Shown one piece after another: positions 46,784-53,087 of a stretch of 53,087 bases of DNA. The stretch covers positions 1 to 53,087 of IMG/VR virus record IMGVR_UViG_3300025876_000027; one strand, written 5' to 3'. Below the pieces are notes generated by a model that was not told the origin of the DNA, made no database searches, and was given only the letters and a program-made list of their open reading frames with translations. The position numbers and the translations under genes are program-made. Origin of the DNA: a virus. Its lineage: Duplodnaviria; Caudoviricetes. Numbering within the stretch: the stretch's first letter is position 1; each line of letters opens with the position of its first letter.

Positions 46784-46957
46784 ATCGTGTAGCATTTCAT
46801 AAAGACGCTTGAGTTCTTTAGGGTCTACATTATTAAAATCATGTTCATCAAGTTGCCAAGGAAGCTTTAAGTTCCTGGTAATGATTACTTTAACAGAGTT
46901 TTTTATTTCAGTAGCAGTTTTCTCTGCTATTAATTCTACTATTTCAGAATTTGTCAT
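46772..46957 (-). CDS. Hypothetical protein
   Basis: 61-aa ORF. Confidence 0.65.
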   Translation of the reverse strand: MTNSEIVELIAEKTATEIKNSVKVIITRNLKLPWQLDEHDFNNVDPKELKRLYEMLHDRTI

Positions 46958-46976
46958 GCGCTTATTATTTTAAATT

Positions 46977-47131
46977 TAGTAACCAGTGAAGGAATCGAAC
47001 CTTCATACTCGTCAGTAGCATTTGCGGGTGTAAGGGGCCCAGTTCTTACTGTTGATCGCTTTTTATTTTGGGTAATGATAATAAACCTCTAATACCACGA
47101 TCTAGACTTTGTACCGCAACCTTGCCTGGTT
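46977..47131 (-). ncRNA. tRNA-like RNA 1 (no D arm, large insert)
   Basis: Acceptor AACCAG/CTGGTT, T arm GAAGG-TTCGATT-CCTTC, stem TTGCGG/CCGCAA, 3' ACTA. Confidence 0.7.
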
Positions 47132-47132
47132 G

Positions 47133-47280
47133 ATATGTGTTCATCGAGCCGTTTCTCCACAACTTTTACGTTGCTCCAGGATATTGCCTTCATCACACAC
47201 GTTTTAAACCTACCACCATCTACTCATCGCTTAACTCCCTATGATAAAAATTCCCTGAGCAGTGTATAGGTGGTAAGTTT
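47133..47280 (-). ncRNA. Two further structured non-coding modules
   Basis: 12-bp stem AAACTTACCACC/GGTGGTAGGTTT and a GTGT-closed module; no convincing ORF. Confidence 0.45.
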
Positions 47281-47445
47281 TTATTCTTTATAATTTTTAT
47301 ACAATAGATATTCAGATATAACTTTATCAAACATTTCTTGTAAGTCTTTAACACTGTAACTGAAATTACTTTTTCTCATCCAGTATGCAATGCTTTCTAA
47401 AGTATCTATTGCTAATTCCTTGTGTTCATCTCTTCTACTTGCCAT
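47281..47445 (-). CDS. 54-aa hypothetical protein (not in ORF track)
   Basis: MASRRDEHKELAI...YKNYKE. Confidence 0.6.
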   Translation of the reverse strand: MASRRDEHKELAIDTLESIAYWMRKSNFSYSVKDLQEMFDKVISEYLLYKNYKE

Positions 47446-47569
47446 CTTTCAATTGTTTTATAGTATAATTCAAACCTTTAATAGTTTCTTTAGCTTCTAA
47501 AAGCTCTCGCTTAAGAGCAAAAATTCTTACGATCAGATGCTCACGGGTAACACCATCAATGCCTGTCAT
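47435..47569 (-). CDS. 44-aa coiled-coil peptide (not in ORF track)
   Basis: MTGIDGVTREHLIV...KQLKDGK, overlapping both neighbours. Confidence 0.6.
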   Translation of the reverse strand: MTGIDGVTREHLIVRIFALKRELLEAKETIKGLNYTIKQLKDGK

Positions 47570-47850
47570 TTAAGTACAACTGTTAAGTTATTATCTTCAA
47601 ACTTAAGGCCAATAACTTCGTATTCGTTGTCATCACTTTCAAGCTTAGTTAAAAACTTATTGAGATCAAAAGACCTGTAGTGTATAACTTCTCTAGTTGC
47701 TGCAACATGCTTAGCATCTTCAGGCTTACACGTCCACACTTGGCCTACGTGCTCATCTTTCCAGAATACCTGGTCAGTAAACTTGTTACCACGCTTACGT
47801 GGCCACAGTGACTGTTCTTTTTCTAGTTGTTTTTCTTTAGTTAATGCCAT
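47566..47850 (-). CDS. Hypothetical early protein
   Basis: 94 aa, directly behind a class I promoter. Confidence 0.75.
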   Translation of the reverse strand: MALTKEKQLEKEQSLWPRKRGNKFTDQVFWKDEHVGQVWTCKPEDAKHVAATREVIHYRSFDLNKFLTKLESDDNEYEVIGLKFEDNNLTVVLK

Positions 47851-47875
47851 AGTTGTTATTTTTTATATTCATATT

Positions 47876-47909
47876 CATTATCCAAAACACCTCGTATTAT
47901 GATTGTAAC
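47876..47909 (-). promoter_or_regulatory. Class I promoter motif, copy 3
   Basis: CATTATCCA-aaacacc-TCGTATT-atga-TTGTAAC. Confidence 0.8.
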
Positions 47910-47910
47910 A

Positions 47911-48243
47911 TTATGTGTTCATTAATTCTTCAGTTACTCTACTAGTAATGTGCCTTCTGTAGTTTGAAAACAGTATTGGTAGTAACTCCATTAGTCTTTC
48001 ATCGTCTAAATGCCTAAGCGTATCATCTAACCACTCTTGGGTTATAAGCTTGTTACCTAAACACCAGTCGTAGATAAGATTTGAGATGTCGTAGTGCTCG
48101 TCTGACTCCCAATAGTCATTAAGAGGTAATAACTTGTCAAGCTCTCTGTATGCGAGTGATAGTATTTGTCGTTGAGTTATATTTTTCCAACCAACTTTTA
48201 AGAATACTTTTAATAGTTTATCAAAATCTTTATTCGTTTTCAT
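47911..48243 (-). CDS. Hypothetical early protein
   Basis: 110-aa ORF. Confidence 0.7.
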   Translation of the reverse strand: MKTNKDFDKLLKVFLKVGWKNITQRQILSLAYRELDKLLPLNDYWESDEHYDISNLIYDWCLGNKLITQEWLDDTLRHLDDERLMELLPILFSNYRRHITSRVTEELMNT

Positions 48244-48469
48244 ATCTCTTGTATAAATCGTTAAGTAAATTAATTAAAGTCTTAGTCTTGTCTTCTGCCC
48301 AGTGTTCGTGGAAGAACTCTTTGCTTACTAAGTTTGTATTTATAACATAGTCTGCTATAGTCTTTTCAGCAACCTCATTGGCGTATGAACCTTTATAGTA
48401 ACTGTACACTATCTGATTGCGAAGCTCAACTAATATATAGTTAAGGATGTCTTTGTCTCTGTCTTTCAT
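48230..48469 (-). CDS. Hypothetical early protein
   Basis: Start moved to MKDRD; the track's N-terminal extension lies in the tRNA-like RNA. Confidence 0.7.
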   Translation of the reverse strand: MKDRDKDILNYILVELRNQIVYSYYKGSYANEVAEKTIADYVINTNLVSKEFFHEHWAEDKTKTLINLLNDLYKRYENE

Positions 48470-48480
48470 ATCATTTATTT

Positions 48481-48628
48481 TAGTGGCGTGGTGGGAATCG
48501 AACCCAGCGCTTGAGTTTAGCAATCATCGAGCCGTTTATTGCATCCCGCTAAGGAATTACCGCTTTAATCTCGCATGGGATTTCGTAAGACGTCTATCCC
48601 GAACCTTCTCAAGTAACCATTCACGCCG
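48481..48628 (-). ncRNA. tRNA/tmRNA-TLD-like RNA 2 (no D arm, large insert)
   Basis: GGCGTG/CACGCC acceptor, CTTGAG/CTCAAG stem, TGGG-TTCGATT-CCCA T arm, 3' ACTA. Confidence 0.7.
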
Positions 48629-48638
48629 TTAACATGTG

Positions 48639-48821
48639 TTAATCATTATTACGCCACTCATTCATGTTTTGCATTATGAATGCTTTTATAATATTATTTA
48701 ACTCAATATCTTGCTCGACTGTTAAGTCGCCTGAGTGTAAGTTATAGTCTTCTACTATAGCTTTCCAGTTAACATAGTTATCTGCTAACATATCCATACT
48801 TGTTTCTTTATTACCCTTCAT
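48639..48821 (-). CDS. Hypothetical early protein
   Basis: 60-aa coupled ORF. Confidence 0.65.
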   Translation of the reverse strand: MKGNKETSMDMLADNYVNWKAIVEDYNLHSGDLTVEQDIELNNIIKAFIMQNMNEWRNND

Positions 48822-49152
48822 TTTGTATGAGTTTTACTATTGCTTTTTTCATTAATAAATCAATCTCTTGTTGATCAAAGTTTTTGTACACATTAGATAC
48901 CTCTTTCTTTACAAACTCTGTAGAGAACTCTTCCAGTGGTACACCATATGATGAATACAACATCTTTTTATCTACCCACCCGTGTGGATTATTCTTTATA
49001 CTATATACTTTGATTCTTGCAAATGTTTTTGTAAACACTGCTGTTAAGTATTCTGTACTTACTCTGAAGACTTCTGTAGTTTCAGAAGAATCATTGATTG
49101 GCTTGTGATTAGTAGTTGCCATTGTTGGTGGGAAAAAGTCTGTAATTGCCAT
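48811..49152 (-). CDS. Hypothetical early protein
   Basis: 113 aa, behind a class I promoter. Confidence 0.75.
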   Translation of the reverse strand: MAITDFFPPTMATTNHKPINDSSETTEVFRVSTEYLTAVFTKTFARIKVYSIKNNPHGWVDKKMLYSSYGVPLEEFSTEFVKKEVSNVYKNFDQQEIDLLMKKAIVKLIQNEG

Positions 49153-49169
49153 AGTTTATTTGTTTATTA

Positions 49170-49203
49170 TATTATCCAAAACACCTCGTATTTTGATTGT
49201 AAC
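49170..49203 (-). promoter_or_regulatory. Class I promoter motif, copy 4
   Basis: TATTATCCA-aaacacc-TCGTATT-ttga-TTGTAAC. Confidence 0.8.
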
Positions 49204-49219
49204 TTAGTTGACATAGTAA

Positions 49220-49330
49220 TTAAAGTATATATTTACATATTACATATGACACTTGGAAGGCCAAGAGTACTCCTACTATACTAGCTATCAGGTAACTAGC
49301 AATGTTTACTATTTTATCAAATTTATTCAT
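49220..49330 (-). CDS. 36-aa single-TM peptide (not in ORF track)
   Basis: MNKFDKIVNIASYLIASIVGVLLAFQVSYVICKYIL. Confidence 0.6.
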   Translation of the reverse strand: MNKFDKIVNIASYLIASIVGVLLAFQVSYVICKYIL

Positions 49331-49389
49331 AGTTAAAGGTGTTTAAATATTTATAAGATTAGAAATGGTTGGAAGTGTGATGCAATATC

Positions 49390-49590
49390 TCATTGTGTAT
49401 GAGTGCTTTGCAAGAACTTACTATAACCCAGTGAGTGCCTTCTTACTTCAAATAATTCAGCTTCATTGAGGTTTTTGAGTTTCTTATTATATAATAACTC
49501 TGCATTAGAAGTTAATAGTGATTTGTTTATTTCAGAGTTCATTATATTGTTGAATCTCTTGTAGTATCTATCAGTAAATTCTTTTATCAT
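49390..49590 (-). CDS. Hypothetical early protein
   Basis: 66-aa ORF. Confidence 0.65.
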   Translation of the reverse strand: MIKEFTDRYYKRFNNIMNSEINKSLLTSNAELLYNKKLKNLNEAELFEVRRHSLGYSKFLQSTHTQ

Positions 49591-49592
49591 AA

Positions 49593-49781
49593 TTAATTTG
49601 TTTTAGTATTTTCTATTATTTCACCAGATAAGTCATAAGACAACTCTTTAAAGTATATTTCAGTGTGTTTGAGTTCACCATCTTCATAGTTGAATATATT
49701 ACCTTGAATATCTCTGTATACTTCATAGTGTGTACCCTCTTCTACTTGGTCTAGAGTTTTCCACATTGTTCCTTTTTCCAT
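49593..49781 (-). CDS. Hypothetical early protein
   Basis: 62 aa, behind a class I promoter. Confidence 0.7.
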   Translation of the reverse strand: MEKGTMWKTLDQVEEGTHYEVYRDIQGNIFNYEDGELKHTEIYFKELSYDLSGEIIENTKTN

Positions 49782-49806
49782 AACTTTATTTGTTTATTTA
49801 TATTAA

Positions 49807-49840
49807 TATTATCCAGACACCTTCGTATTCTGATTGTGAC
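49807..49840 (-). promoter_or_regulatory. Class I promoter motif, copy 5
   Basis: TATTATCCA-gacacct-TCGTATT-ctga-TTGTGAC. Confidence 0.8.
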
Positions 49841-49893
49841 TTTCTTTGGAGCGAAGTGTTCCGATTAGCTGGAGAGGTTACCTTCACACACAG

Positions 49894-49941
49894 TATGACA
49901 TTAGCCTATTAACTAAGAGATAGTAACAGGCTATTGTCACA
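49894..49941. repeat. 48-bp inverted-repeat element, copy 2
   Basis: TATGACATTAGCCTATTAA...ATAGTAACAGGCTATTGTCACA. Confidence 0.85.
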
Positions 49942-49944
49942 CTA

Positions 49945-50121
49945 TTAGTTATAGATTTGATTTAGTAAATCTGTCACTAACATTTCATTAGTATCACCAT
50001 CTTCTAAGTTGCAGTGATTTGTTACAAAGAAATCTACTTCTTTTAACATTTCTTCTTTGTTTATTTTTACTATTAATTCTTTGTAAGAATTTAGAGTTTC
50101 TTCTGACCAAGTGTACTTCAT
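49945..50121 (-). CDS. 58-aa acidic early protein (not in ORF track)
   Basis: MKYTWSEETLNSYKEL...LLNQIYN, behind promoter copy 6. Confidence 0.7.
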   Translation of the reverse strand: MKYTWSEETLNSYKELIVKINKEEMLKEVDFFVTNHCNLEDGDTNEMLVTDLLNQIYN

Positions 50122-50143
50122 ATTATTTATTTAAGATTTATAT

Positions 50144-50177
50144 TATTATCCAAAGTGACTCGTATTTTAGTCGTAAC
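50144..50177 (-). promoter_or_regulatory. Class I promoter motif, copy 6
   Basis: TATTATCCA-aagtgac-TCGTATT-ttag-TCGTAAC. Confidence 0.8.
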
Positions 50178-50186
50178 TTTGTTTAG

Positions 50187-50213
50187 AAAAAAACCCCTCC
50201 AAGCTGGAGAGGT
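50187..50213 (-). terminator. Intrinsic terminator (one of the CTCC repeats)
   Basis: - strand CCTCTCCA-GCT-TGGAGGGG then TTTTTTT, just after the stop of 50221..50460. Confidence 0.7.
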
Positions 50214-50220
50214 AAAGTAG

Positions 50221-50460
50221 TTACTTGACTAAGTGTCGAGCAATTACTGGAATTGAAGTACTTGAAGTGTAAGATTTGTACTTAGAAAAACATTCCATTG
50301 AGTTAAGTTTATCTTTCATTACCTCATATACTTCATCATGTAAGTATGTGGCGAGTTTACCTGATTTGAATGTTACACTTATCAAGGCACCTTTACCTAT
50401 TAGTGACTTTCTTATAACAAAACGAGTAGAGTTGATTTGATTTTCTTTTGAAGTTTTCAT
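50221..50460 (-). CDS. Early protein, paralogue A
   Basis: Highly similar to 50960..51193. Confidence 0.85.
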   Translation of the reverse strand: MKTSKENQINSTRFVIRKSLIGKGALISVTFKSGKLATYLHDEVYEVMKDKLNSMECFSKYKSYTSSTSIPVIARHLVK

Positions 50461-50500
50461 ATATTAGATTTAAAGAATTATTATAGTTTATTATCATTAC

Positions 50501-50534
50501 TATTATCCAAATAGAGTCGTATTCTAGTTGTGAC
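50501..50534 (-). promoter_or_regulatory. Class I promoter motif, copy 7
   Basis: TATTATCCA-aatagag-TCGTATT-ctag-TTGTGAC. Confidence 0.8.
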
Positions 50535-50570
50535 TTTTTTTAGAGGATAGCTCCAGTAAGCTGGCGAGGT

Positions 50571-50807
50571 TCAGACTACTATGTAGTCTAAATCCTCTTT
50601 GTCAGTATGAATAGAATACTCTATTTCATTCTCATCGAGTATGTCGAGAGTATTTCTCCAGTTCTCTATAGTATATTCAAAGAGTATGAAGTCATTTGAT
50701 TTGAACAGCGAAGCGTCTATATTATTTTCTTTGAAAAAGACTTCAGAGTCATTTATATAGTTTACTTCATCGTTTGGAAGTAGAGAGTTGATTTGATTAT
50801 AATTCAT
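50571..50807 (-). CDS. Acidic early protein
   Basis: 78 aa, D/E-rich. Confidence 0.75.
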   Translation of the reverse strand: MNYNQINSLLPNDEVNYINDSEVFFKENNIDASLFKSNDFILFEYTIENWRNTLDILDENEIEYSIHTDKEDLDYIVV

Positions 50808-50847
50808 AGAGAGATTATTTATTTAATTAATTATTAATTTATATATA

Positions 50848-50881
50848 TATTATCCAGAGACTCTCGTATTCTCGTCGTATA
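50848..50881 (-). promoter_or_regulatory. Class I promoter motif, copy 8
   Basis: TATTATCCA-gagactc-TCGTATT-ctcg-TCGTATA. Confidence 0.8.
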
Positions 50882-50959
50882 ATTTTTATATATTATTTTA
50901 TTATTTTATATAAAAATCTCCAGTGAGATGGCGAGGTGATCTCCAGATGAGATCCAGAA

Positions 50960-51193
50960 TTACTTGGCAAGATGCCTAGCAATTACTGGAACTGAAGTTG
51001 AAGATGTATATGACTTATATTTAGCAAAGCAATTCATTGCATTTAGTTTGTCCTTCATTACTTCATACACAGCATCATGATTGTATACTGCTGTTTTTCC
51101 AGATTTGAATGTGACATTGACAATTGTCTTTGTACCAATTAGACTTTTTCTTATTACAAATCTTGTTGAGTTAATTTGATTAGAGTTTTTCAT
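50960..51193 (-). CDS. Early protein, paralogue B
   Basis: NQINSTRFVIRKSLIG...KYKSYTSSTS shared with 50221..50460. Confidence 0.85.
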   Translation of the reverse strand: MKNSNQINSTRFVIRKSLIGTKTIVNVTFKSGKTAVYNHDAVYEVMKDKLNAMNCFAKYKSYTSSTSVPVIARHLAK

Positions 51194-51233
51194 AGTGAAG
51201 TTATTTAATTTATTAATTTAATTTATATATATA

Positions 51234-51267
51234 TATTATCCATCAACACTCGTATTCTCATTGTGAC
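51234..51267 (-). promoter_or_regulatory. Class I promoter motif, copy 9
   Basis: TATTATCCA-tcaacac-TCGTATT-ctca-TTGTGAC. Confidence 0.8.
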
Positions 51268-51461
51268 TTTATTTAAAATAGTTTTAAAAAAAACTCCGAT
51301 AAGATGGGAGGTGGGGGCGTAAAGGCCTAAACGTCTGGTAATCAGGGATATAAACAAGGGGGACCCGTAAAAGTAAAACGCAAAAGGTAACTTGCTGAAA
51401 GTCAGGAGGATAGGGGGTAACACCATACCCCTCTATACGTAATATCTTTTTTTTAAGGCTA

Positions 51462-51509
51462 TGTGACATAAGCCTATTAAGAGAGATATAGTAAGGGCCT
51501 AGTGTCACA
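51462..51509. repeat. 48-bp inverted-repeat element, copy 3
   Basis: TGTGACATAAGCCTATTAA...ATAGTAAGGGCCTAGTGTCACA. Confidence 0.85.
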
Positions 51510-51527
51510 CTGTGCAAAATAGTTGGT

Positions 51528-51558
51528 GTAAAACACCTATAATATCTGTAAGTATAAT
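51528..51558 (+). promoter_or_regulatory. Putative class II promoter starting the + arm
   Basis: GTAAAA-N13-TGTAAGTATAAT. Confidence 0.65.
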
Positions 51559-51580
51559 AGGTATACAAACCAATTAAAAA

Positions 51581-51814
51581 ATGGGTAAACAAAAGTTAAG
51601 TCCAAAGGCTTTAAAGGCCAAAAGATCAAGAGATTTAGAATACGCAAACTCTCCAGAGAGAAAAGCTAAAAGAGCAGAGAACCAGAGACGTCGTAGAGCC
51701 GCTGTAAAGAAACACGGAGAAAACTGGTTGACAGATAAAGACTATGACCATAGTAAAGGACAATTCACGTCCGTAAAGAATAACCGTGGAGAATACGGTA
51801 AAGGAACCAAATAA
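51581..51814 (+). CDS. Small basic protein with a minimal HNH-like motif
   Basis: Arg/Lys-rich helix then KDYDH...NNRG. Confidence 0.6.
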   Translation: MGKQKLSPKALKAKRSRDLEYANSPERKAKRAENQRRRRAAVKKHGENWLTDKDYDHSKGQFTSVKNNRGEYGKGTK

Positions 51815-51824
51815 ATAAATACAC

Positions 51825-52367
51825 ATGGCAAATATTTCAGCATATCCTACAATAACTCCAAAAGGAGCGGATTTAATAGTAGGTTCAGAGACATATGACT
51901 CTACAGATGCTACATCACCTAAGGGTAATCCAACAAGGAACTTTACGGTTTCATCAATAGCTACACAAGTATCAGCATTAACATTACCTTATAAAGTATA
52001 TGTTGCAGAGCTAAGTAATTTTGGTGCAGGTACCACTGCTCCTGTAGCAACTATTTTTCAAAATACATTATCAGGTGCTATCACATGGACAAGAAACGAT
52101 GTTGGAGTTTATATTGGAACATTGGCTGATGCTTTCACATCTAATAAATCACATTGTATAACTCAATCAATGATAGTTTCTAATCCTTCTATAGGTGCTC
52201 TTGGAGAAAATGGTGTTACAAATACCAATGAATGGCCTGGTCAGCAAATAGCAAATTTCACATCAACTAATACTATTCAATTAAATCATTTTGTTTTAGC
52301 ACAATCAGGCGCTGCAACAAAAAGTGATAATATGAAGATTTTTATAGAAATAAAAATTTACAGCTAA
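51825..52367 (+). CDS. Putative virion structural protein
   Basis: MANISAYP N-terminus, WTRNDVGVY, IEIKIY. Confidence 0.65.
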   Translation: MANISAYPTITPKGADLIVGSETYDSTDATSPKGNPTRNFTVSSIATQVSALTLPYKVYVAELSNFGAGTTAPVATIFQNTLSGAITWTRNDVGVYIGTLADAFTSNKSHCITQSMIVSNPSIGALGENGVTNTNEWPGQQIANFTSTNTIQLNHFVLAQSGAATKSDNMKIFIEIKIYS

Positions 52368-52370
52368 AAA

Positions 52371-53081
52371 ATGGCACAGATATCCTCCTATCCATACGAT
52401 GCAGTTGTACAGGACCAAGATGCTTGGATCGGTACAGATTCTACTACTAGAGCAACAAAGCAATTCACTGCTTCTGCTGTTGCCACGTATTTAAATGTAA
52501 AAGGTAAGATATCTATTGGGGCTCAAATGCCCTATAAATTTTATAGCACGGTAACAGCTGGTGTTGGAAGCATGTCCCTTACGGGTGGCGGTGGTGGTAT
52601 ACCTTTTGCTAATGTTACATCACTTAGAATAAGTAATCAAGATTTATCAAGTGAAGAAACAATAAAGTTTTTTGAGTATTTAGTAGGTAGTGATATAATG
52701 ATTGGTCAAATGGGTGCTGTATCTATATTCGGGCATTTTAAAGTATCAACATACTCTGTTGATCCAAGCGACGCACAGTATTATATTTTAGCATTAAACC
52801 ACATAGGTAGTAATGGTTCTTTAGTAAATGACTATTACTACGATATATTCAATTTTACTCTAGCAAGTGCTAGTGATAAAACGTTTGTATTCACTCAAGG
52901 TGTACCCGCTACAACTTGGACTATACAACATGACTTAGGTAAGTTCCCCTCTGTGGGTGTTGTAGATACAGCAAGCGTAGCAAACGGACAATTATATTAC
53001 GGAGACGTAAAATATATAGATTCAAATAATTTAACAGTAACATTTGCCTCTCAGTTTTCAGGCAAAGCATATTTAAACTAA
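52371..53081 (+). CDS. Putative tail-fibre-associated structural protein
   Basis: MAQISSYP N-terminus; FTQGVPATTWTIQHDLGKFPSV..VD...FSGKAYLN domain. Confidence 0.7.
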   Translation: MAQISSYPYDAVVQDQDAWIGTDSTTRATKQFTASAVATYLNVKGKISIGAQMPYKFYSTVTAGVGSMSLTGGGGGIPFANVTSLRISNQDLSSEETIKFFEYLVGSDIMIGQMGAVSIFGHFKVSTYSVDPSDAQYYILALNHIGSNGSLVNDYYYDIFNFTLASASDKTFVFTQGVPATTWTIQHDLGKFPSVGVVDTASVANGQLYYGDVKYIDSNNLTVTFASQFSGKAYLN

Positions 53082-53087
53082 AACAAA

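Larger units (their letters stand above)
49859..51312. repeat. Five dispersed (C/T)TCC-N-AG(C/A)TGG(A/C)GAGGT motifs
   Basis: Copies at 49859, 50197, 50551, 50918 and 51294; partial copy at 50941. Confidence 0.8.

Noticed and set aside
47133-47200. Hammerhead ribozyme (TGATGA...GAAAC)
   Set aside because: Core C of CUGAUGA is missing, and I could not build stems II/III with a UH site
48481-48628. Canonical tmRNA or tRNA
   Set aside because: Too short for tmRNA; no tag ORF ending in ALAA, no G3-U70, no D stem, no 7-nt anticodon loop
49207-49253. Fourth copy of the 48-bp element
   Set aside because: Only TGACA fragments, with no AGCC/GGCT arms or core; mostly within a small TM ORF
45889-51312. 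CRISPR array
   Set aside because: Repeats are degenerate, at least ~340 bp apart and separated by ORFs
51223-51592. Track ORFs 51223..51426 and 51284..51592 (-)
   Set aside because: They run over promoters and repeats, have atypical composition and lack A-rich leaders
1-53087. Integrase/prophage, transposon, intron/intein, reverse transcriptase or stop-codon recoding
   Set aside because: No such motifs seen; terL, nrdA/B and helicase look uninterrupted; standard-code ORFs tile the window

Overview
Most of an AT-rich lytic podovirus-like phage genome. The host is probably Bacteroidota/Flavobacteriia, because leaders are A-rich and lack Shine-Dalgarno sites. The + arm (1-34260, plus 51581-53087) encodes GroEL/GroES, small basic proteins, a holin, terminase, portal, scaffold, major capsid, crAss-like tail proteins, three putative ejection proteins including a 2428-aa giant, and a lysis cassette. 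The - arm (34340-51250) encodes RNR, an endonuclease, MazG-like proteins, a dCMP-hydroxymethylase-type thymidylate synthase homologue, primase-helicase, SSB, an exonuclease/ERF pair, a sigma factor, a Rep/HTH protein and many small early genes. No DNA polymerase is visible. Best candidate for a new system: the giant putative ejection protein looks like a polyprotein. It has a zincin HExxH protease, a sigma70 region-2-like domain and an HNH-like domain, bounded by repeated [KV][FA]SK[ST]K motifs. Nine copies of a non-host promoter-like motif (AATACGA-N7-TGGATAAT) precede the early genes. Together these suggest a virion-delivered sigma factor starts a two-sigma cascade, with a second motif (GTAAWW-N13-NGTAAT) before middle/late genes. 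Other notable items: a stand-alone DnaA domain-IV protein with DnaA-box-like 9-mers inside the early promoters, two D-armless tRNA-like RNAs with large inserts, three 48-bp inverted-repeat elements, and a ~350-bp periodic cassette array. All calls come from motif reading by eye; no searches were run.
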